DNA of 64,000 nucleotides from Macrostomum lignano (taxonomy: Eukaryota). The translations under genes were made by a program, and so were the position numbers. The notes beneath the pieces were generated by a model. It had not been told where the DNA came from, did no database searches, and saw only the letters and a list, made by a program, of their open reading frames with translations. Positions 38,414-51,225 of this stretch are shown piece after piece. How positions within the stretch are numbered: the first letter of the stretch is position 1; each line of letters opens with the position of its first letter. The stretch is taken from NCBI GenBank assembly GCA_002269645.1, contig NIVC01001037.1, positions 248,001 to 312,000 on the forward strand. The letters are read 5' to 3'.

Positions 38414-40089
38414 ATGGCCAAATGGACGAGCACTGACGACACGGCGAGTGTGGTGCCATTTGTGAAGATCGACTCCTGCCAGCAGCTTGAGGAGACCTTC
38501 CAGTTCGGCGAAAAGCTCGGAGAGGGCGCCTTCGGCAGCGTGCTGCTGGCGCTGAGAATCTCCGACGGGCACAAATTCGCCGTAAAGAAGGTAAATCAGC
38601 TGTCAGAATGAAGCCAAGCTGGAATTCTCCTTTCTCAATGCAGTTTGGCCTGGGCAAAGTGCACGTCAGAGAGGGGCCAAAGAGATGGGGACTGTCTGCG
38701 GGCCCCAAATCCTCCCCCACTTAGTTCGATGTGCTATCTACCAGCCCAGGTTGAGATAGGGGCAGGGGCGCCCACCAAAGCACCAAGCATTGGTACTCCT
38801 TAGGGTTGCGTAATTTGTAGTCCTACTATTTTTAATGGATTATTTATTTGATTCGCCATAACTTACTTCCCTCCGCCGCCTCAGATGGTGAAGAAGAAGG
38901 ACCCGAAGACGCAGTACGGCAAGTCCTGGGAGAACGAAATCCACGTTCTGAGCCGGCACCGGCACCCCAACATCGTCGCCGTGGACGCCATCTACGAGTC
39001 AGAGAACAGCTGCTACCTGTTCATGGAGCTGTGCGACGGCGGCAACCTGGCCGACGAGTTGCAGCGTCGGACTCGATTCGCTGAGCAGGACGCCAGGTGC
39101 ACCTTGAGGCAGCTGGGCAGCGCGCTGAGCTACCTGCACCGCCACCGGGTTGTGCACCGCGACCTGAAGCTGCACAACTGCCTGCTGAAACGAATCCCGT
39201 CGGCTAAAACTACCGACGGCAGCAGTCCGCGTTTCTGCCGACGTCGAGGCGAAGCCGCTGTGGACCGCAAGGGGTCACCGGCTACGCACCCGTGCCCGTT
39301 TGTGGTGAAGCTCACCGACTTCGGCTTGTCGATTGAACTGCGCGTCTCCGACCAGTCGCTGGGCGACAACGTCGGCACCCCGGCTTATCAGGTGCGGATA
39401 GTCATGGCCTTCATGGCGATGCGGGGAAACATTGGGCAAGCAGGTAATGAAGTTCGCTAGTCACGATAGGGACGGACCATTGTACTCCGTCAATTACCAT
39501 GCTGTGATATGATGAGATGAATGAGATATGATGGCCCCTTGCACCATAGCAAGTCCTCCGTAGCTACGCCTCTGTGTGTATGAGCAGGTTTCAAATTCGA
39601 AGCCCATTTGGTTTCATTGTGACTTAACTACTTTCAGCCATCTCATGAGGAGGTATCAGGTATGGTAGAAATTCCTGCCGCAGTGACTTCAATCATCCAT
39701 TCAACCAACCCGCCAAATCCATGCAGGCGCCAGAAATCGTGAAGTGCAGCAGCTACACAGAGAAATGCGACGTCTGGTCGTTGGGCATCATCATGTTCAG
39801 CCTGGTGCACGGCAGCCTGCCCTACTCCAGCCGGTCGGAGTCCGACCTCATCGACGAAATCAAAGATTTCAATTACGGCCGACTCTGCAGCCGCTGCAAG
39901 ACCTGCTCGGAGCTCAGCGCCGAGTGTCGAGCCGCTCTGAGCCACCTGCTTGTTCAATCAGCCGTGGACCGCTGGTCAACGTCCGAGTTCATGGACTCCG
40001 CCTGGGTGACGGAGAAGTCCGGCGGAGCGCGGGAGGGCAACATCCTTGCCATGATGCGCGACGTCAACAGGACTACTAAAGACAAGTAG
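38414..40089 (+). CDS. STK33: STK33-like Ser/Thr kinase (CAMK group); exons 38414..38590, 38885..39391, 39727..40089 (348 aa)
   Basis: LGEGAFGSV, FAVKK, LFMELCDGG, HRDLKLHN, KLTDFGL, GTPAYQ|APE, CDVWSLG. The C-terminal GNILAMMR resembles the STK33 tail (NVLEMM). Both junctions are GT-AG, phase 0. Confidence 0.85.
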
Positions 40090-40536
40090 CCCGCTTACTC
40101 ACTGCCCACTCAATATTTGATGACAATGACCTGATTCAAAGTCAGTTATTGCTGTACATTCAGTATATTGTGCAACACACGAATTCCAGAAAGCTCTGCT
40201 GTATGCAGAACTTGAACCGCGCGAACTTGCTGCTTTTTAAAAAACCGTATTTTTTGCATCATGATTAGCTAATAAAGATTGATACAAGATGTATTCTGCG
40301 ACTAGGCGATTTCATGCAAAGCAAAGCAGGGAACTAACTGGCGATATTAGAATTTGCCTTTAGAATTATTGAATTTCAAGGTTTTCATGGTTTCATTATT
40401 TCAGATCAGAAATATAGCAATATGCTTTGAGTAGTTAGTCAGAGAGACAGCAAAAAGTCAGCTGTCTCAATGCTTGATTGTGGCCTGATTGTGGCTGTAA
40501 AATGAGCTCTCATGCCTGTATAAACTCATCAGATAG

Positions 40537-40842
40537 TAATAATAATAATTGATTACACCTGTCCCAATTGGGCCAGGTGTACAACCGACAGCTCAGCCGC
40601 AGCTATTGAGCGGCGCATCTGAAGGCTGCGTACGGCTGTTCAGTCCAAGGACTGGGGGGTCGCCACACACACCCTCAGTTACAACAGCTAAGACAGCATT
40701 TACATTTTACAGCCGGTCGAACTGAAGCAATGCAGAGTTAAGAAGTGTCTTGCTCAAGGACACAGATTGTTCCAGTGGGATCGGGAATCGAACCCCCGAC
40801 CTTCAAGTCCTGAGTCCGACTCTCTAACCACTAGGCTACAAC
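40537..40842 (-). mobile_element. tRNA-derived SINE with CORE-like central domain, copy 2
   Basis: Reverse complement of the 30461 copy: GTTGTAGCCTAGTGGTTAGAGAG (A box), GGGGTTCGATTCCC (B box), TGTGTCCTTGAGCAAGACAC, a shared 3' body CCTTGGACTGAACAGCCGTACGCAGCCTTCAGATGCGCC, and a (TTA)n tail. Confidence 0.88.
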
Positions 40843-41764
40843 TAGCAGATAGGGGGTACAGCAGATGAGCGGAGTAACTTGCATGCAGAAGCTTGCTTGC
40901 TTGCATGGCGTCATGGATCTTGACGCCAGAGGAGCGCGAGGGCAGCTCAGCTCAGTGGTAACGCGCCTGACTCGTTCGCCTGAACACCCAGGAATTTGAG
41001 CTTGTGCACAGGAGTTTAACTTTTCTTGTAAACGTACTCAGGGGTCGGCGGAATGGACATGACTGCTGGGCTGCTGCTTGACTGCCAGCTCAATTGCTGC
41101 AGCAACCGAAGGCTCCCATTGAAAACTGGCTAAAACGGAAAAAAAAGAGCTAAGTAAGTGGTAAGAGCAAAAATCCGATTAAGAATTCACAGCCTTTAGG
41201 AAGCCTTCCATCAACTAACAGCATTGAGTTTTGGTGCCTCCACGAAGTTCATTCAAAGAAGCTCCTGGTTGCCAGTCTTGGCATTGTCTGCCAAAGGCAT
41301 TCAGCGGAAGCTGCAACTGCCAATAGCATTGAGTGTTTAAAAAAACTTCCTCATTTTAATAAGCCAGTTGTTGGGCTCACGCACAGCAGAGTCTTGCTTG
41401 TAAGGGCCAGTGTAAATTTGCACAAAAGAAATTGTGCGGATTGCTATGCAACAATGAAACTGTTAACTTCATTGACGACATCGAGACTTTCTGTGTTCAT
41501 GTTTACTGAAGAGGTCCCGGCAGCTTCTTGCAAGCTTCAACTAGAAGTGCAGGTACCAGTTTAGGGACAATGGTGGCATTCTACACAACCCTTCAGGCGC
41601 GCGCTTGAACGTGCACTGAACGCAGGACAATGTATATGGGACACTGGATTGGGGGGCTTCGTCACAAAATCCCCATTGTCAGAATGTTCATATAGCAGAG
41701 GCCCAGAACCCCGGGCTTATCATTGTGGATAACTGCTGAGCTACCGCGGACGCTGTGCCTGTCG

Positions 41765-41989
41765 ATGTCACCAGCAAAAAACCAGCAAATAGAAGCCAGG
41801 TACAGCAGAGAGCACCACACCGATGCCCAATACCTGGAACAGCTGAATCGGCAGCTTCAGGCGAGTCCTCGGCTGACGCAGCAGGGCGAGAAACTGCAGC
41901 AGCTCTGCTCGGAGTGCCTCGCCTACCTGTCGGCCAGGAAGAAACTGCAGCATGTCAGAGACACCGGCAGGCCTTCTGAAGATGTGTAG
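41765..41989 (+). CDS. 74-aa ORF homologous to the central helical segment of ODAD4/TTC25 (microprotein or terminal exon of a partial paralog)
   Basis: Gapless 39-aa alignment to the ODAD4 exon-5 product in this window, 19 identities by hand: DAQYLEQLNRQLQASPRLTQQGEKLQQLCSECLAYLSAR vs [39 protein letters not shown]. Confidence 0.65.
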   Translation: MSPAKNQQIEARYSREHHTDAQYLEQLNRQLQASPRLTQQGEKLQQLCSECLAYLSARKKLQHVRDTGRPSEDV

Positions 41990-43299
41990 CCAATCTGCTC
42001 AGAGAAAGTATCTCGAATATACTTTCTGAAAGGCCATTAAACTTTCAATTCCTAAATGTAATTTGCTAAGGAAATATTATATGATTTTTCCAACTGAGGT
42101 GTTTTTTTACTCTGTTTCCGCTTCATTTGATCTGCTCAATATGTACATGCATGCGTAAAAAATAATTACTTTTTTCATGTAGTAGTTTAATTTAAAAAAT
42201 GGTACAGTTCTCATCACGTGAGTTAAATTATAACAAGTCTACGAGTACAAAAATTTTTTTAAAGGATGGATTTATTTATTCGACAATAAATTAAATAAAG
42301 CGCGCTGTGTTAGAAGTAAATTTTATTAGTCTGTATCGTATGTAAAACTATAAATTAAATGAAAACTCTTATAAAAACCAGTGTGATCATTCATTTTTAC
42401 TTTTGCATAGATGCAGCTGCAGTGAATGCAGTGTATATGTGTGTGTGCATGGCATGCACTGTCGACTCTATAGCAATAAATAGTATTTTTCAGCTAAATG
42501 CGTTAAAAGCTCTGATCTCGAGGCCAAAGCTGCTTAAAGTTGCATCGCTATACTTTATAAGTTTGATTTTGTTCGGAACTGTTCCTAAGTTTTTTTGTAT
42601 TTTTAAAGAGATAATTTTGCTAAAAGTGCCTTATGTTTTGATCGAGTCTTAGCCGATCGAGTCCTTAGGAATGTTCCTAAAGTACGTGAGGGAGTTAAGA
42701 GGCTCATGAAGAGATGAAACTATGTTCATCTATTTTTTCGAATATGTACATATATGCATAGTCATGGATATGCATGTATAAAGACGTGTATATGGATGTA
42801 TATCACAAGGACCACTGTAGTATACATGCAGTTACACGAGCTAGTGATCGCGAAAATATCTCAGATCCAGTTATAGTAAAACCGCATGTTGATACCTACA
42901 AAATTTATCAGGAAATATTCCTTCAGTCTGAGTCCAGGTCTAAACTCCTAGATTGAAATTAACAAATTAACGTTAGGCATATCTGGGTGTATATATTATT
43001 TATGATCAATCTCGTGAATGTCCCGCAACAATTTTTCATGATGGTTATAACAAATTAGCCTTACTGCAAACCAAAAATTGCATTAAATTAGGTTTTACTT
43101 ATTTTTGTTGTCCTAGTAAAACACTTTGTTTAGAAACCTGAATTCAGATTAAAACTTACTTTTCGTATCCATGACACTTACACATTTCTATTGTCGTTTC
43201 GGTGCAATTCAATTTTCATTTCCATCGCAATTTTTGTCCGTTCAGTATATATACTGTACCTATAGATAGCCACTTTTATTGTAAGGCTTGACAACAAAA

Positions 43300-46200
43300 A
43301 TGCCGCGACAAGACGATGCAGGCTCTGAGTCAGAGCACGGTAAGATTCCAAAGAGTACATTTGAAATCTACCGCGCTGAAGGTGATTCTCAGTTCCGAAA
43401 CAAAAGCTTTCTTAAAGCAATCGAATGTTACACACAGGTAAGAACTAAGCCTGCAGCTGGCGTAAACTGTTGTTTTATTACTTTTTATAGATTGAAACGG
43501 CTCTAAAATTTCTACTACATAAAGTTTTCGGCAGTTTCACAGAGGCAATTATATTATCTAACTATATATTTTTTACACAGAACATGTCACCCAGGTATAG
43601 AAATTCAGGCAGTATGACAACATTTTAACTGATTTTCTGTAGTATTGAACAGTTTTAGATATTAGTTATTGAAGATTTTTTAAATATTTTGATAGTATCT
43701 CTTTTATATTTAGAGGCAGTGGAAGCCTGCAAAAGCAAGAAGAAATGAATCCATTTTATCAATCAGTTACAAATTTAAATTTTGCAAAAGTAAACATAAG
43801 TTTTGTTTAGTATTTATTTGATACTCATATAGTTATTACATAACACAGAATAACTTTCAGATTGAAGAAGATTTCGGCTATTTATATCAGTAAATATTTT
43901 CAAGTATAATTCTAAAATGATGAATGCTTATGAGTTTAATAAGTAGTCGAAAGGAAATATATTAGTTAAATAAGGCATTTTCCTGATTGTCTGTTTCTAC
44001 TAAAAATAGTATTTTATTTATTTTACTAATTCTATTTGTATCTATGCGATCATGTTTGGTTTTTTAAAATATATTTTGACATTTTAATACCAATATTTAT
44101 TTTAGGCACTAGAAATAAAGCCAGGCGATCAGTACTGCCTGGTGAATCGTTCGAAGTGCTACCTCAATGAGGGCAACATCGCCAAGGCCCTGGCCGATGC
44201 TGAGGAGAGCCTAAAGGAGGACGCCGCCTTTCACAAGGTGAACTTTGAATATCATATATCATAAATCATTTTTGATATTTCATATTTGAAAAAATACCTA
44301 TTTTATCAAGAAACTTTAAGGCACTTTGAAACCATCCGCCACAATGTCCATCTTATTATTCTCCGCCAGGGAATATTTCAAAAGGCCGAAGTTCTGTACT
44401 TCAAGGGTGACTTTGAGAACGCGCTGGTGTTCTACCACCGCGGCCACAAGCTGCGCCCGGAGATGGAGGAGTTTCGGCTGGGCATCCAGAAGGCCGAGGA
44501 GGCCATCAATAACAGTGTCGGAGGTGGGTGTGGCGGCAATTGCAATATCCTGACTGCTCTACTCATAGTAAAGATAAAATCATTTTTAGTTATCGAATCG
44601 CTTCCCTGCCCTGCATTCCAGACCCGTCCGTCATCAAATTGAGATCCGACGGTGACCTGTCGTTTTTCTACGCAGCTGAGGAGGTAAATGTGTATTCTTT
44701 AAACTATTGTAATATACTACTATCATTTGGCTTGCATTTTCAGTAGTATATATTTTTCGTAAACTAACAATTGAAGCCCCGAACTTTCATCAACACGGAT
44801 CAACCATCCACACTTTTGAATGAAGTTTATTCCTAATTATTTGCGCGTTAGAATATTTTTTGTTAATATACTACTGCTACTAATGCGGAGTGAGTAGTAG
44901 CGACGCTTTGTTCTTTCTCTAAGCTTCTCCCCCGGGGGAACAACACGTTTCTGCTTGAAGTTTTCAGAGGCAAAACAGGATGGAGGCGCGGGTCAGATGG
45001 GCCGAAGAAGTCACGCGGCACCCGTGAGCGATCAGGTCAGCTGGTTGTCCGGGTCTCAGCGCGCACAGCTTAAGACTCTGAGACCGGGAGCCGCCTAGCA
45101 ACTAAAATGTTGATAGAAAATTAGCCTCTTAATGCTGCGCTGAAGCTTAATATTTTGCCAAGAATTTGGCGCGGGCAAAGCTGAAGCAGCAGGACGCTGC
45201 AACTCAAAAATCCTGCCAAACTTTGCTGGAGGTCGGTGCTGGTTGCAAAATGGCTCGGCAAAGTTGGGAAGTCTTCAGTGGATTTTTCTAGACAGCTTTT
45301 GTCTATGGCGCAACCAAGGACTACTCAAGTAGAGGGACGCGAAACCTTCTTTCTAGGAAATTTTCCAGAAATATGCAGCGCCCTGCTGCTTCAGCTGTCT
45401 GTGTCATTTTGCTCACCTACAGTTCGCTTTTGGGTGCAGGACAAAATGCAATGCTTATATTACTATCAGTAGTATCAACTCCCATACTTATTTTAAATTA
45501 ATTTTAATCTAATTAGTTCTTGGCCTACATCACTGTTTATATTCCGTGGTATTTTTACTCTAGACAGTAACAAAGGCATTCGACTCTCAAGGTGTTGTTG
45601 CTATGAAACGTCTATATTACTAATTGCTACTAACAGTCATAGTGTGCATGCCTACCCAGTGTGCAGGTTATTTTCATATTCAATGCATTTTTGGTGAATT
45701 TGCACTGTTGCAGACTGATGGCTCGTCTAATGAGGTAATTTGCTCATTGCACTCGGCCCACTCCAGCAAGGACGCTTGCATATCTGCCAATTTTAATTTG
45801 CAAGCTTTGCAAAGCCTACAAAAGTAAATTATACCCGGCATATACTACTCAGTTAATTACCCCGTTAATTTTTATTCTTCAAAGCGGAGAAACTTAAGGA
45901 AGAGGGAGCAAAGTAGTCAGAGGCTACTTTATACACCTGTAGTCTCACCTATCAGCTCAATTAGACTCTCCTAAGTCAGTCTGCCTTCATCTCTAGGCAC
46001 CTTCATCAAGATTAGTGCACGATGGGGTGTTCGGGTTTTCTTAACTTAACCCCAGGCCCGAAACCCGCCCCGAAACCCGACCCAAAACTCGACCCGAAAT
46101 CCGACCCCCGAAACCTGACCTAAAACCTGACCCGAAAAATGACTCGAAACCTGATCAGAAACCGGACCCGAAACCTGACCCGAAAAATGACCAGAAACCC

Positions 46201-49200
46201 GACCCGAAACCTGACCCGAAAAATGACCCGAAACCTGACCTGAAACCCGACCTGAATCCTGACCCAAAACCCAACCAGAAATCCAACCCAAAACCTGACC
46301 CGAAACCCAACCCGAAACCTGACCCTAAGCCCAAACCAAAACCCAACCCGAAACCTGACCCGAAACCCGACCCGAATCCTGACCCAAAACCCAACCCAAA
46401 ACCTGACCCAAAACCTGACCCGAAATCCAACCCGAAACCTGACCCAAAACCCAACCCGAAACCTGACCCAAAACCCAACCCGAAACCTGATCCAAAACCA
46501 ACCCGAAATCCGACCCGAAACCTGACCCGAAACCCGACCCGAAACCTGACCCGAAACCCGACCCGAAACCTGACCCGAAATCCAACCCGAAACCTGATCG
46601 AAACCCGACCCGAAACCTGACCCAAAACCCAACCCGAAACCTGACCCAAAACCCAACCCGAAACCTGACCCAAAACCCAACCCGAAACCTGACCCAAAAC
46701 CCAACTCAAAACCTGACCCAAAACCCAACCCGAAACCCGAACACCGCTAGTTACCACCGATTTCATATCTTCGACAAGACCATTCAAGATTTTGCTTAAT
46801 TCGAAGTTTTGCATCTTTGCTGAAGATTTGGATTTTTTGGCTTATTTGAGTATGAGTAAAATATCAATATAAATTTTATTGATCCCATTTTGCAGCTAAC
46901 GGTAAGGCCACTTGGATGATTTAGAAGTGAAAGAAGCTGCCTATGTTACACCCTCGTGTGCTCGTTGACAACCGTTTACGTGCTTTTTGGCTGTTTAATT
47001 TCACGTGTAATTTCTAAAAAACTTGCTGAAAGCGTTGAAAATATTTGAATAGCCGGCTTGAGTTGCCGCTCTTGACGGATTATTGATTTATAAGTGACGT
47101 GCGATTCCAAATGATTGATTCATCTCCTGCTTGATATCCCATGACGATTGCCTACCGTGTCTCAACCCGCTTTTGACAATATTTATGCTTTAATTTAACA
47201 AACTCTAAAGTTTTAATGTATCTATTGATACATAATCGTAATATACACTCGTATTTGTTCAAGGCATCAAGGCAGGCCTGCAATGTTCAGAATGTCATGT
47301 TGTGCACCATTGTGATTGGCTCTGTGTTTTGGTAACCTGGGAGTTTGGACAGTTTTCACACCCAAGGGACAGGGAGTGTACATGCATTGTACACCCTGCG
47401 TGAGCGTGTACGGGTGCGTGCCTGCGTACAGCCCTGGTGCGCTTGTGTGTGCTCTGCAGAATTGGCAGAATCGCTTCAATGCTGTCTGCCGTACGATGTC
47501 GCCGGAGTCAACAGATTTTACCTGTACTTTAAAGTGCATGTTAACCTGCATGGGACAATCGAAATTTGTTTAAATTGGAATCTCTTCAATCCGAAGCAAA
47601 CAATTTCTGCTTGCAGAAGAAGAAGCCGGCCGCCCGGTCCAGCTACCAGAAGCCCAAGAAGGAGGACAGCGGGCCGAAGCGAGCTCAGCGCAACAAGGCG
47701 CCAGCGGACTCCAAGACCATCAAGAAGATGCTCGGAGACCTGTATGCCGATCGCGAGTACCTCGAGAAGCTGCTGCGCGAGGAGTCGGCTAAGGCTCGAA
47801 AAACTGAGCACAGCGAGAAGATCCAGGACCTGTGCATCGAGGGCCTGAACTACCTGGACAGCCGCTCGGAGTTCTGGCAGCAGCAGAAGCCGCTGTACAG
47901 CCGCAAAAAGTCGGCGATGCGAGAGGCCGCCGAGAAGGACAAAAGCAGCGCCGCCAAGTACGTCATTGCCACATTGGAGGAGATCGACAACAAGCAGGTA
48001 GGCACGCGATCTTGTTGCTTGAAAGTTCCATTTCAGCAGGTGTTTGTAACTTCGCACATATATTTTCATCGAGCGTATTTGTAAACAAAACAGTTTGTAG
48101 CCAAAATTTTAGAAACTTTACTCGTTCAGTCTGCAGTCTTTGTAGATGTAGCTGCAGTTTTATAGCAGGAGTCTTTGTAGCTGTAGTCTTTGTAGCTGTA
48201 GTAGTCTTTGTAGCTGTTGTAGTCTTTGTAGCTGTAGTCTTTGTAGCTGTAGTCTTTGTAGCTGTAGTAGTCTTTGTAGCTGTAGTAGTCTTTGTAGCTG
48301 TAGTCTTTGTAGCTGTAGTAGTCTTTGTAGCTGTAGTAGTCTTTATAGCTGTAGTCTTTGTAGCTGTAGTATTTGTAGCTGTAGTAGTCTTTGTAGCTGC
48401 AGTCTGTAGCTACAGTCTTTGTAGCTGTAGTAGTCTTTTTATTATCACCCTTTCCGCTTCACTTTGTAGTTTCACTCTGACTCTAATCCTAACCCCCCGC
48501 AGACCGCAGGCGAGCACGAGGCGGCCATCAAGCAGGCCACCCGCCTGCTGCGCACGGTGGAAAAGTGGAGCCCGGAGGACCTGCAGAATCGCGAAGAGAT
48601 CCGCGCCAACCTGCACTCGCTGATTGGAAACTCGCAGTTCGAGCTGGAGCGATACGACCAGGCCCTGGCCAGCCACCAGGCCGACCAGAAGATCGGCGAG
48701 GAGCACGAACTCGAGGAGTCGCAGGCCCGCTCCAGGGACAACATCGGACGGGTGCTGGCCAAGCAGGGCAACTTCAGCGAGGCCATCCAGGTGTGGGAGC
48801 AGCGGCTCGAGAGCTCCAAGAGCCTCAGCCCAATGGAGTCCACCTGGCTGCACCACGAGATCAGCCGCTGCTACCTGGAGCTCAAGGAATTCAACAAGGC
48901 CAAGGAGCTGGCGGAGAAGGCGCTGAGCTACGCCAACCAGATGGGCGACAACCAGTGGCTGCTGAACACCAACGTCCTGGTGCGTTGTGGGGGGATGTAC
49001 TTTTATATTTAGACCTAATTCCAGTGTTGCAGCATACTATTACTACTACTACTACATCTATTTTCAGGTGGCCCAGTGCGAGGTCCGTCTGAAGAACTAT
49101 GCCAGCGCGGCGGGCAACTTCGACAGCGCGCTAGAGCACGCGCGCATCGTTGACAACGCTCTGGCCATTGACGCCATAAACCGGGCCATCCAGGACGTCA

Positions 49201-49782
49201 ACCAAAAGTTGGTGGAGGAGGAGAAGCGCCTGGAGGAAGAGAGGCAGGCCGGCGAGCAGGGCGAGGGTGACGGTAAGAGTCAAATTATTGAAGGGAACCC
49301 GTTGAATGACTTGGCATCTCAGCATTCCACTGAAGCCAATTGGCATCTCAACATTCCACTGAAGCCAATTGGCATCTCAGCATTCCACTGAAGCCAATTG
49401 GCATCTCAACATTCCACTGAAGCCAATTGGCATCTCGGCATTGCACTGAAACCAATTGGCATCTCGGCATTCCACTGAAGCCAATTGGCATCTCAGCATT
49501 CCACTGAAGCCAATTGGCATCTCAACATTCCACTGAAGCCAATCGGCATCTCAGCATTCCACTGAAGCCAATCGGCATCTTGGCATTCCAAAAACAGTTT
49601 TGAATTCGCATATTCGCACACATTCGAGAGAGTCTAAGAAACTGTTTTTATTTGCAGCCAAGCCGGACGAGGCCGCTGGAGGTGAAGAGCAGCAGCAGCA
49701 GCAACAGCAACAGCAAGAGCAACAAGAGCCAGTGCAGCAGCAGCAGCAACAAGAGCCAGTGCAGCAGCAGCAACAGGAGTGA
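43300..49782 (+). CDS. ODAD4: Outer dynein arm docking complex subunit 4 (ODAD4/TTC25), TPR protein; exons 43300..43437, 44106..44237, 44370..44523, 44622..44683, 47617..47997, 48503..48979, 49068..49272, 49658..49782 (557 aa)
   Basis: [78 protein letters not shown] and [13 protein letters not shown] all match the TTC25 family. All seven junctions are GT-AG and phase-consistent (1674 nt). Gln-rich tail. Confidence 0.93.
46050..46742. repeat. Intronic minisatellite, ~6/12 bp unit (ACCCGAAACCTG variants)
   Basis: About 55 imperfect copies in ODAD4 intron 4. Confidence 0.93.
48165..48435. repeat. Intronic minisatellite (TGTAG[TAG]TCTTTGTAGC), 15-18 bp unit
   Basis: Tandem copies in ODAD4 intron 5. 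Confidence 0.92.
49310..49585. repeat. Intronic minisatellite, 29 bp unit (CATTCCACTGAAGCCAATTGGCATCTCAG)
   Basis: About 9 copies in ODAD4 intron 7. Confidence 0.93.
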
Positions 49783-50774
49783 CCTGCACCCTGCACGGCA
49801 ACCATTTTGAATACTTCTTGACAGAAAAATCCGCTCAGATAAAAAGTGCCTGGATTTATCGAGCACCAGATTTATGACCAGTTAATCCCTACCTGTACCG
49901 CATCAGTTTGCTTATATTATTTTTATTGAAGGCTAAATACACTGCGTCCCAGTTCTGGTTGAAACTGCATGGCTCGCAGCAACAACTCTTTATTTGTTAT
50001 TTGTCGAGACCAAAAGCCATGCATCAATATACAATGCACGCAACCGCTACTGTGCATAGTAGTATGTACGCTGTTCCACAGTCCACTAAATGGTCAGCTC
50101 ACATGCACTCTACCCAAGCCCTCCGCCCATTAGCGAGGGAGACACGGAGCTGGGCGCCATGTACACAGATAATTTATCGGATTGCTACACATTATCAACG
50201 CTATGCTGTACAGAGCGCAGGAAAATGTATTTGATTTTAGTAAATTCAAACAAATATTATTTCTGATTTCAATGATTTTAATCAGCACGAGTTTGAGTGA
50301 CATTAATGGAATGTATGAAATTTATGCAATTAAGGTGCACACAAATATACTTGCTGGGTTAAGTACGCAAGCCAGGAGAATTACAGCTTAGGAGCGGCAG
50401 GTGAAGAGCTTCACTAGAACTGAGTGGCAGTCAATGAATTCATAAAAAATATGCATAAATAAATGAGGAATAAAACAATTACAAAAGTACACAAGTATTC
50501 GAACAGGAAAATTGGAATGTAGCACGAGATTAGTCAATTAGAATAAATACCAGAGAGTATTAATAAATTACCACAAGGTAAGATAATAATTAAAATCACA
50601 ACAGACCTTGATCTAAAGCTTTTCTAACATCCATATAAATTTTTCTATATAAAAATCAAGTTGAAAACGAATAATTCCGGTTTAAAAACGACCCTGACAG
50701 AAAATACAAGACTTTAGCTGCTAAAACTGAACGTTTATAGATTTTGGTGGCTCTGGAGGAGTAGTGAGAGTAAA

Positions 50775-51225
50775 TTGGAGGGGGAGGGATTTGGGGTCAG
50801 AGAGTGTACATTGGAGGGAGGTTGGGGTTGGGGTCAGAGAGTGTACATTAGAGTGAGGATGGGGTTGGGGTCAGAGAGTGTAAATTGGAGTGGGGAGGGA
50901 TTGGGGTCAGAGAGTGTACATTGGAGTGAGGATGGGGTTGGGGTCAGAAAGTGTACATTAGAGTGGGGATGGGGTTGGGGTCAGAGTGTACATTGGAGTG
51001 GGGAGGGGTTGGGGTCAGAGAGTGTACATTAGAGTGGGGATGGGGTTGGGGTCAGAGAGTGTACATTGGAGTGGGGAGGGGTTGGGGTCAGAGAGTGTAC
51101 ATTGGAGTGAGGATGGGGTTGGGGTCAGAGAGTGTACATTGGAGTGAGGATGGGGTTGGGGTCAGAGAGTGTACATTGGAGTGGGGAGGGGTTGGGGTCA
51201 CAGAGTGTACATTGGAGTGGAGTCG
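50775..51225. repeat. G-rich minisatellite, ~37 bp unit (GGAGTGGGGAGGGGTTGGGGTCAGAGAGTGTACATT)
   Basis: About 12 copies between the convergent ODAD4 and FER 3' ends. Confidence 0.92.

Noticed and set aside
40940-41000. AGCTCAGTGGTAACGCG A-box-like tRNA fragment
   Set aside because: No B box or cloverleaf follows.
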